Assembly (NCBI GenBank): GCA_950097015.1
Contig: CATNEN010000037.1
Span: 3,162,001 to 3,226,000 of the forward strand
DNA length: 64,000 nucleotides
Source of the DNA: Macrostomum hystrix
Taxonomy: Eukaryota > Animalia > Platyhelminthes
Direction of reading: 5' to 3'
Shown here: positions 39,406 through 51,210 of the stretch, piece by piece
Numbering within the stretch: the stretch's first letter is position 1
Layout of the letters: every line of letters begins with the position of its first letter
Position numbers and translations under genes: made by a program
The notes under the pieces: model-generated
What the model was told of the DNA's origin: nothing
The model's input: the letters and a program-made list of their open reading frames with translations, nothing else
Databases searched by the model: none

Positions 39406-40269
39406 CTGCTCAGTCATGCACCACTCAACCTGCCCGTTTAGAAGTGATATTTTTGTGATAAAGCAGTATAAAGGAAAACAGCACCATATTTCCCGTCAAG
39501 TGCAGTGCTTTGGAAATTCGATCTGTCAGGCAAACAGAACTTTCTTCTCATCCGGTGGGGCTTGTGGAACAATTTTTGACATCCCTAACTATATTGATCT
39601 ACCAGCGAAAATCACTGCTATTCGATTCTAATAATGTATTGACTTGCAAAGTATTAATTTTCCCACATTTCAAGAACTGGTTTAGTAGCATGCATACATA
39701 AAGTTGGTTATATAGTAACCGATTAAATGGTTGCACTTTTCAATTGTCTTGATTTTGAAATGCTCCACGTTCTGACACGAAATTTATAAATTTGGATCAT
39801 TTAAAATTTTCCTCATCGGAAAGAAAAGTTTAACTCTCATTAGACTGATTGGTCAAGTAGTTCTTGATTTTCAAAGGAATTATTGAATGTGCATAATCGT
39901 CTATAATATTCTTGCTCCATTCCTTATGTTGTAATTTGAACAAAAAATACTTTGCAACATCATAGAACTTTTGTTAATGAAAGTAGGCAAAAACTCTGAG
40001 CTATCATGCTGGCGAATAAGAGTGTTAATCTGACGGAGATTAGCACTGAAAGTTTTCACTGTGCTTCACCAGGAGATAAGAGACTGAGTAACTTTTGAGT
40101 TAAAAAATTATATAAGATTGACAGGCGTAAAGGTGGACTGGAGGTGCGAAATCTTTTTATGCAAATCAGAGCAACTTAAGCAGATAAGAAAACTCGCTGC
40201 CAAATGAGAAGATACGACTCCGCTTATAATGCAGACTCATTCTCTTAACATAGTGTATGCGGATTGGAA

Positions 40270-40900
<631 letters not shown>

Positions 40901-41230
40901 AAAAAAAAATTTTTATCGTTTGCTACCCACCCATTCCTGGTTGATGGTTAGCGATGCTTCATTCATTTTTTTATTTGACTCTAAGACCTTTAAGTCTCTG
41001 GCACCTTTTTAGTTGGCTGCATGTACACTTGTTCATCGTGCCTGCTCAGCCTATCCACTCTCAATACCATTTATTTGTCGCTGTAAAAGTCTCGCTCAAA
41101 CTTCGCTCTCTTCGCTTCTCAAATAAACGGACCCTGACGAAGGCCCAGAAAGGGCCGAAATATTGGTCGACTGATTCAACTTGCAATTAAGAGAGATTCC
41201 TACTCTGTGTGCGTGGTTTCTTTACATTCG
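40901..41230 (+). mobile_element. Terminal (pLTR-like) fragment of a second PLE-like family, carrying a hammerhead ribozyme
   Basis: AATAAA (41122), then a hammerhead (41130-41168), then TGTGTGCGTGG and a pyrimidine tract running into (TCTA)n. Same layout as the 3' end of the full element but with a different sequence. Confidence 0.7.
41130..41168 (+). ncRNA. Minimal type I hammerhead ribozyme (family 2)
   Basis: Stem I GACC/GGTC; core CTGACGA (41134-41140); extra A; stem II GGCCC-AGAAA-GGGCC; GAAA (41157-41160); palindromic AATATT helix III; predicted AUU cleavage after 41164. Confidence 0.8.
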
Positions 41231-41245
41231 TCTATCTATCTATCC

Positions 41246-41278
<33 letters not shown>

Positions 41279-41284
41279 GATAGA
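41231..41284. repeat. Short (TCTA)n tract ending in the 14-bp palindrome TCTATCTAGATAGA
   Basis: Direct inspection; the palindrome is at 41271-41284. Confidence 0.9.
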
Positions 41285-41295
41285 GAGAAAGTTAG

Positions 41296-42556
41296 AGTAA
41301 AGAGAAAGTTAACTTCCTAGACTGCTATGTTGGCCTAACTACACATGATAATAAGAGAAAACTGACTTGCTCGATCTACTTCAAACCCACTGACTCTCGC
41401 CAACTTTTGAACCCAAACTCATTCCACCCGAAGCACACCTTTAAGGGTATTTTGAAATCCCAGTTCCTACGCTATGCACGTCGCTGCACATTCAAAGCCG
41501 ACTTTGACCAGGCCAGCAGCGACCTGATGGGCATATTAAAGAAGCAGGGTTATTCAGTCCGTCTGATTCGGAACGCGAAAAAATCTGCCCTCAGACAGTT
41601 AGGCTTCTACCCGGATTGTCTTTGGGAGTTTGGTTTCCTATTCTGTGACACCCCTGGCTGCGACTTGTGCAAGGAGCACGGCCAATTCGGCCAGGTCTGC
41701 CCTGGCTCCAATTCTACGAAAATGGTCTACAGAATCTGCCAAAAAGTCCGCTGCGATTCAAGAAACACTGTCTACGCTATTCTTTGCAAAGCTTGCGATA
41801 GCAGCTGCGTTTATGTAGGTGAGACAGGTGGGGCTCTAAAGACTCGACTCAAGGCCCACCTGAGCGACATCAGACTAACCAAGGACACCCCAGTTGCAAG
41901 GCATTTTTGCGCTTCAGGTCACAACCTCCAGGATTTACGCTTCATGGGACTGTGGTACATCAGTCCTGAGAGTGACACCGACAAGGCGGCAGCTCAACGC
42001 AAACGCCGTGACATGGAGCAGAAACTCATAGACTTATTAAGCACCATGGCTCCCGCTGGAATAAACACAGCTGACAATAACAAAAGTGCATGCATTCCCA
42101 TAGTGATTCCATTCAGTGACCACTCTGCAAGCACTATACGTAAAATGCGCACTGCCATATCTGAGCACGCACAGGGTCTGAACACTGTAGCTGCGTACAC
42201 CAAGTCCCGCTCGTTAAAAGACATACTCTGCCCCTCAAGACTTCCAACTCTGATCGATTGTACGCTTAACCACATTTCAGAGGAGACGTACTCATCCAAC
42301 TGACCACCTGCTCCCGCACAGCGATGGCAACATGCCTACATTGAGACGCCTTTTAAACCCATTGACTCTAATTGACTCTAAAATTTGATTATTAACCTTG
42401 TAACTCGTTTTAAAATTTATTTTCGTTTTTTTAATAATACCCTGACGAAGGCCAAACTTTGGCCGAAATATTGGTAATTTAATAGTCAACTTTTTTGTTT
42501 CTTAATCAGCAAGCAACTGCCTGAACTGCGTGCGTGGCCTCTGTTCTTCATTATCT
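41296..42556 (+). repeat. 5' partial tandem copy (long pseudo-LTR, 1261 bp) of the PLE 3' end
   Basis: Four ORF-track translations are identical at an offset of 4675 (41407/46082, 41630/46305, 41994/46669, 42292/46967). Confidence 0.95.
42438..42476 (+). ncRNA. Minimal type I hammerhead ribozyme (PLE upstream copy)
   Basis: Stem I TACC/GGTA; CTGACGA (42442-42448); stem II GGCCAA-ACT-TTGGCC; GAAA (42465-42468); AATATT palindrome; predicted cleavage after 42472. Confidence 0.85.
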
Positions 42557-42773
42557 CATCCCAGGACCAGTTCAGGTAGCGACTTGTGTCGAAATGCCAT
42601 CAAATAACCGCACTTGGCAAAACTCAGGACTGAATGAACAGAATTTTCAATGACCTGCACGTCTTATTGACTCATCGGATCCAACATTTAGACGGCGTCC
42701 AAATTTTCAAGATGACCAATCGAGACAGCGACGGAATGACGTCAGGAGCCGGTCACCCGGGAAGCTCACTTGG

Positions 42774-44735
42774 ATGGACACTCAGCGGCGTGATGGGAGA
42801 TGGCGGGATTCGGACCGCGACACTTGGCGCGACCTTCGCCGGTTCGATGAGCGTGTCAACGCTCGCCGCAGCACTAATCAAATCGCTCGTCAGAACACTC
42901 GCGACGAGTCTCGTTTCAGAGCTCGCCGGAACATCCATCGTGAAGCTCGCCAGGACGCCCGCAAGAACAACCACCGTGACAGCCGACAGGACGTCCACCC
43001 TGAGGAACATATGCCAGGTGGAGCGGCCCAGATCGCCCGCAGTGTAAAAAAACTGTTCCGTGCGGTGCACCACCTTGGAAACTGGGATTCTATACCCAAC
43101 GGCGTACACCGGAGAACGGAGATGCTAAAAAGTTTCATCCGACCAGCGATGCCTTCCGACCACACACAGAAACGCGTGGAAGAGAACGCGGAGAACTGGG
43201 AGCTAAGCACCCAGGACACGATGCAAAGCCACTACGAGAACTGCATTATGGATCTGGCTAAGGAGATCGAAAAAGCTTCCAAGGAGATCGACGCAAGCGA
43301 GCTGCACACAGGCTGGCGAGTGGGCTTCCGTTGGGCCGCAAGAGACAGCGGCAAGCGGTTCTCCTCCTCCCGTGACACGCTGAAGACCCAGCTACGGCGA
43401 ATGCAAATCCAGCTCAACATTCCGACTTGGGACGACAATACCGGTGAATCGCTTTTGTTTTTGAATGACTTTCACCCAAATATCACAAAACCACCAACTA
43501 GGGCCAATGAAGTTGAAACGATCTCAGAACAGCTCCCTGGTGTGTTGATAACCCAGATCAGGGATCAGAGTACCACAGATAGTGGGGACACGTTGACAAA
43601 TCAAAGGACCCAACATGCCAATTTCCTGACAGTCGCAGAGCTGTCTCCTAACTGGTGCAGCTTCAATGAGGAACCGAGCATGTGCAGCGACAGCGGCACT
43701 TGCAAAGGAACCCAAACCAACACTGATCTTGCAATTCGTGTGGTCACCATTGAATCTTCAAACTCGCAGGACCAAGCTTCCGGTACTCAGGGGCTTGACA
43801 CGGGGGTGGTCTGCGACCAGACATCCTCACCTGCAGTGGTCGACTGTACTAACAAAGGAAACCAAGCTAACATAGATCTGACAAAACTTTTGTCCAATAC
43901 TGAAGCTTTAAATTCGCAGAGTCGAGTTGCCTGTGCTCAGGGGCTCGACACGGGGGTGGTCTGTGACCAGACATCCTCACCTGTGAATGACAGCAATCAC
44001 CCGGACAATACACACTCATCAATGGCCTTCCACACACCATCTGACCAAAACGCCACTCGACTATGCGATGTTACCGGGGCCACTAAGGCACCACTCCCAA
44101 CTGAGACCGTTGAAGCAAATCAAGAAACACTTCAAGAGCAGAGCCAAACAACCGTGACACCATTAACCAATGTGAATGTCCACAAGGGACCGAAGAAAGA
44201 CTGGAAGCTCTCACCAATAGTAAAATCCACAATTGCGATCGGTGACGAATGCCTAACACAACCGGGTGCGGAAAACTCGGATGTACAATTCGAGATTTTT
44301 CCGAAGCTCAGAGCCGAGAACCTGATCAAAGTACTACGGGGACAAACAGAATCCCCTAATCAGTTGGTCAGAACCGTCATTCTGTTCCCGTGGGGCCAGG
44401 ACCTGTCGAGACAGTTCGAAGGTGTCATCGACAAACAGCTCACGACGATTCTCAACCACTGCCACAAGGCTTTCCCAAAGGCCAACATTTACACCCTGGA
44501 CTCGGCTGCTGACGCTGAGGCACCGGACGACATTCATAAAACGACGGAGAAGCTGAACCGCCACCTCCGGACGATCAACCCGAAGAACCACGTGACACTA
44601 CAGTCTCGACATCTGTCATTCCAACCGGACCTTGTCAGCCTCTCAAATGAATCCGCTTCGAGGATTTTCCAGGTGGCACATGGAAAAGCGCAAAAAAACT
44701 TGACAGTTCCGGGACTGCAAACAGCAGCCAAGTGA
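42774..44735 (+). CDS. PLE ORF1 (653 aa): Arg/Asp-rich N-terminus, helical domain, low-complexity linker, degenerate SGNH-hydrolase-like C-terminal domain
   Basis: Long intact ORF. C-terminal KDWKL..STIAIGDE...FPKL...VILFPWGQD...DLVS follows SGNH block order. The frame also extends upstream to an ATG at 42594, across one TGA. Confidence 0.85.
   Translation: MDTQRRDGRWRDSDRDTWRDLRRFDERVNARRSTNQIARQNTRDESRFRARRNIHREARQDARKNNHRDSRQDVHPEEHMPGGAAQIARSVKKLFRAVHHLGNWDSIPNGVHRRTEMLKSFIRPAMPSDHTQKRVEENAENWELSTQDTMQSHYENCIMDLAKEIEKASKEIDASELHTGWRVGFRWAARDSGKRFSSSRDTLKTQLRRMQIQLNIPTWDDNTGESLLFLNDFHPNITKPPTRANEVETISEQLPGVLITQIRDQSTTDSGDTLTNQRTQHANFLTVAELSPNWCSFNEEPSMCSDSGTCKGTQTNTDLAIRVVTIESSNSQDQASGTQGLDTGVVCDQTSSPAVVDCTNKGNQANIDLTKLLSNTEALNSQSRVACAQGLDTGVVCDQTSSPVNDSNHPDNTHSSMAFHTPSDQNATRLCDVTGATKAPLPTETVEANQETLQEQSQTTVTPLTNVNVHKGPKKDWKLSPIVKSTIAIGDECLTQPGAENSDVQFEIFPKLRAENLIKVLRGQTESPNQLVRTVILFPWGQDLSRQFEGVIDKQLTTILNHCHKAFPKANIYTLDSAADAEAPDDIHKTTEKLNRHLRTINPKNHVTLQSRHLSFQPDLVSLSNESASRIFQVAHGKAQKNLTVPGLQTAAK
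44693..44699 (+). promoter_or_regulatory. Candidate -1 programmed ribosomal frameshift heptamer A_AAA_AAC
   Basis: In the ORF1 frame it reads CAA AAA AAC, i.e. X_XXY_YYZ phasing, inside the 44651-44735 ORF1/ORF2 overlap. A -1 slip gives K-L-D-S-S-G-T-A-N-S-S-Q-V-I-N-I-S, in frame with ORF2. Confidence 0.75.
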
Positions 44736-46978
44736 TTAACATATCACACTATAGGCTTTCCGACAGTGAGGTTGAAGTTTTGGAAAAAGGGAAAAACTTT
44801 ATACCGACCCCGACGTTCCTTGGATCCGAGGTACTTTCAGACTCAATCTCGACCTTCAAGAAGAGAGTAGCCCTAAACTCACTGTTACAACGCCGCACTT
44901 GCGCATTTACACCACGGACCCTGTTTCCCTGTCGCCCATCGATCCCGAACATCAATCTCGAGAACTGGCAATCACACAGACACCTGTTCGAAGCACTAGA
45001 CAACATTAAAATTCCGAAGGTTCTTTACAACAAGCCTAACCTACTCGAGCACCAGAAAAACGCAATTCAGAGTCTAAGGAACAACAATACGATTGTTATT
45101 AAACCAGCCGACAAAGGCAACAACATGGTTATTATGAACCGCGAAGACTACATTCGGGAGGCAAATAGACAACTCTCCAACTCTACTTTCTATCAACAAG
45201 TGAATTCCGCCGCTAGCACTCACACGACTGCTCGGATCACACAAATCTTCAAAGACCTAAAGAATCTAAAGGTTATAACAAACCATCAATATTCCCAACT
45301 AGTCCCACCCAAGGAACCGAGAGATAGAATCTTCTACTTGCTTCCGAAGATTCACAAAGATCCAGAGTCCTGGCCAATCCCCGGGGTACCCCCCGGACGA
45401 CCGATTGTTTCCGACTGCAACTCTGAAAGTTATATGAGCGCCAAACTAATTGATACGTTCTTAAAACCGATCGCAAAAGAGCAAGACTCGTTCGTTCGAG
45501 ACACCGATCACTTCCAAGCAGTGATTCAGAGCCTGGATCTTTCCGTGGATGAAGAAGCTTTTCTGGTCACAATGGATGTCGAATCACTTTACACAAACAT
45601 CCCAACGGATAGAGGGATTGCGACTGTGAAAAACGCACTTCAGATCTACCCTCAACAATCGAGACCAGATCAACAAATACTAGATCTCTTGGACATCAAC
45701 CTTAACCAAAATGACTTTATTTTTGATGACACGCGCTATCTTCAAATTAAGGGCACAAGTATGGGGAAAGCTTTTGCGCCTTCCTACGCGAACATCTTTA
45801 TGGCAGACTGGGAATCCAGAGCCCTGAGTTCTGCACCCTTCACGCCACGATTGTATAAACGCTACATTGACGACATCTTCATGGTTTTTGTTGGTACAGA
45901 GTCCCAACTAATGGAACTACACAGACACTTAAATACATTTGACAGCAATATCCGGCTCACAATGCAACACAGTAAAGAGAAAGTTAACTTCCTAGACTGC
46001 TATGTTGGCCTAACTACACATGATAATAAGAGAAAACTGACTTGCTCGATCTACTTCAAACCCACTGACTCTCGCCAACTTTTGAACCCAAACTCATTCC
46101 ACCCGAAGCACACCTTTAAGGGTATTTTGAAATCCCAGTTCCTACGCTATGCACGTCGCTGCACATTCAAAGCCGACTTTGACCAGGCCAGCAGCGACCT
46201 GATGGGCATATTAAAGAAGCAGGGTTATTCAGTCCGTCTGATTCGGAACGCGAAAAAATCTGCCCTCAGACAGTTAGGCTTCTACCCGGATTGTCTTTGG
46301 GAGTTTGGTTTCCTATTCTGTGACACCCCTGGCTGCGACTTGTGCAAGGAGCACGGCCAATTCGGCCAGGTCTGCCCTGGCTCCAATTCTACGAAAATGG
46401 TCTACAGAATCTGCCAAAAAGTCCGCTGCGATTCAAGAAACACTGTCTACGCTATTCTTTGCAAAGCTTGCGATAGCAGCTGCGTTTATGTAGGTGAGAC
46501 AGGTGGGGCTCTAAAGACTCGACTCAAGGCCCACCTGAGCGACATCAGACTAACCAAGGACACCCCAGTTGCAAGGCATTTTTGCGCTTCAGGTCACAAC
46601 CTCCAGGATTTACGCTTCATGGGACTGTGGTACATCAGTCCTGAGAGTGACACCGACAAGGCGGCAGCTCAACGCAAACGCCGTGACATGGAGCAGAAAC
46701 TCATAGACTTATTAAGCACCATGGCTCCCGCTGGAATAAACACAGCTGACAATAACAAAAGTGCATGCATTCCCATAGTGATTCCATTCAGTGACCACTC
46801 TGCAAGCACTATACGTAAAATGCGCACTGCCATATCTGAGCACGCACAGGGTCTGAACACTGTAGCTGCGTACACCAAGTCCCGCTCGTTAAAAGACATA
46901 CTCTGCCCCTCAAGACTTCCAACTCTGATCGATTGTACGCTTAACCACATTTCAGAGGAGACGTACTCATCCAACTGA
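44732..46978 (+). CDS. PLE ORF2: reverse transcriptase + zinc finger + GIY-YIG endonuclease (frame open from 44651)
   Basis: VINIS...EKGKNFIPTP, IKPADKG, LPKIHK, RPIVS, MDVESLYTNIP, QIKGTSMG..FAPSYANIFM, YKRYIDDIF, VNFLD and YFKPTD. Then C-x4-C-x2-C, CDSRNTVYAILCKAC..YVGETG..LKTRLKAH, E and GINT. No stops or frameshifts. Confidence 0.97.
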   Translation: MINISHYRLSDSEVEVLEKGKNFIPTPTFLGSEVLSDSISTFKKRVALNSLLQRRTCAFTPRTLFPCRPSIPNINLENWQSHRHLFEALDNIKIPKVLYNKPNLLEHQKNAIQSLRNNNTIVIKPADKGNNMVIMNREDYIREANRQLSNSTFYQQVNSAASTHTTARITQIFKDLKNLKVITNHQYSQLVPPKEPRDRIFYLLPKIHKDPESWPIPGVPPGRPIVSDCNSESYMSAKLIDTFLKPIAKEQDSFVRDTDHFQAVIQSLDLSVDEEAFLVTMDVESLYTNIPTDRGIATVKNALQIYPQQSRPDQQILDLLDINLNQNDFIFDDTRYLQIKGTSMGKAFAPSYANIFMADWESRALSSAPFTPRLYKRYIDDIFMVFVGTESQLMELHRHLNTFDSNIRLTMQHSKEKVNFLDCYVGLTTHDNKRKLTCSIYFKPTDSRQLLNPNSFHPKHTFKGILKSQFLRYARRCTFKADFDQASSDLMGILKKQGYSVRLIRNAKKSALRQLGFYPDCLWEFGFLFCDTPGCDLCKEHGQFGQVCPGSNSTKMVYRICQKVRCDSRNTVYAILCKACDSSCVYVGETGGALKTRLKAHLSDIRLTKDTPVARHFCASGHNLQDLRFMGLWYISPESDTDKAAAQRKRRDMEQKLIDLLSTMAPAGINTADNNKSACIPIVIPFSDHSASTIRKMRTAISEHAQGLNTVAAYTKSRSLKDILCPSRLPTLIDCTLNHISEETYSSN

Positions 46979-47112
46979 CCACCTGCTCCCGCACAGCGAT
47001 GGCAACATGCCTACATTGAGACGCCTTTTAAACCCATTGACTCTAATTGACTCTAAAATTTGATTATTAACCTTGTAACTCGTTTTAAAATTTATTTTCG
47101 TTTTTTTAATAA

Positions 47113-47151
47113 TACCCTGACGAAGGCCAAACTTTGGCCGAAATATTGGTA
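47113..47151 (+). ncRNA. Minimal type I hammerhead ribozyme (PLE downstream copy)
   Basis: Identical to 42438-42476; predicted cleavage after 47147. Confidence 0.85.
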
Positions 47152-47224
47152 ATTTAATAGTCAACTTTTTTGTTTCTTAATCAGCAAGCAACTGCCTGAA
47201 CTGCGTGCGTGGCCTCTGTTCTTC

Positions 47225-49718
<2,494 letters not shown>

Positions 49719-50027
49719 AATATAATAACCAGTATTTCTTTCTTTAAAAGCTTTAGCAGGTAGCGAGATGAAACTTACCAAAGTAAATTCGAATTTTCAA
49801 ACCAGTTGCTTGTCGATTATTAAGAGGCCAGAGTAGCTCTGTTTTATCCCCGATGTGCGTCGTGAAACAGCTCTAAAATCTCTTCGTAAATCCGCCGTCC
49901 AATGAGGAGCTGTGCATTTCAAGGAGGCGTCCTTCACAACCCTATTTAGAAATTTTCCTCTATTGGCCAGAATGCAATGATAAAAAGTATGAGAATTGCA
50001 TTGGATAAAGACGGGAAAATTACAGAC

Positions 50028-50424
<397 letters not shown>

Positions 50425-50777
50425 CAATCGATCTAGAATAGATAAAAGTTATTCTAATTGGTCAATGGTGATTGGCGGAGGTCGTCTGATACAATGAATA
50501 GATTTGCCTGCTCATGCATTCAACTGTTTGTGTGGGACAGGCGAAGATTAGGGCAGCAGCCTCAAAAGCCTATCAAAGAGTATCCAAGCAAAGTAATTTG
50601 CATTCGCAGTCGATCCTCCAGCCGTCATGTCTCCACTGGGAGCTCTGTTAAAGAGACCGGCTTTGGCCGTGAACCAAAGTACATGATGAAGCTACGGCAA
50701 TTAATTTGATTTGCCAAATCAGGGTCGAAATACCCTTGATAAAGCAGGACTATAGGTTTGAAGTCTCTACTGCGTCT

Positions 50778-51210
50778 ATGGGATAGATTAGCAATCCATT
50801 CTATTCCTTCATCCATGGGATAGATTAGCAATCCATTCTATTCCTTCATCCATGGGATAGATTAGCAATCCATTCTATTCCTTCATCCATGGGATAGATT
50901 AGCAATCCATTCTATTCCCTCAACCATGTGATAGACTAGCAATCCATTGTATTCCTTCATCCATGGGATAGATTAGCAATCCATTCTATTCCCTCAACCA
51001 TGGGATAGACTAGCAATCCATTGTATTCCTTCATCCATGGGATAGATTAGCAATCCATTCTATTCCCTCAACCATGGGATAGACTAGCAATCCATTGTAT
51101 TCCTTCATCCATGGGATGGATTAGCAATCCATTCTATTCCCTCAACCATGGGATAGACTAGCAATTCGTTGAATTTCTTCATTCATAGGATAGACTAGCA
51201 ATCCATTCTA
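50778..51210. repeat. 37-bp minisatellite (ATGGGATAGATTAGCAATCCATTCTATTCCTTCATCC)
   Basis: About 11 units. Confidence 0.93.

Noticed and set aside
42634-43047. Alternative + strand ORF overlapping the ORF1 start, and several antisense ORFs within the PLE
   Set aside because: By-products of GC-rich, Arg-codon-rich coding sequence, with no motifs.
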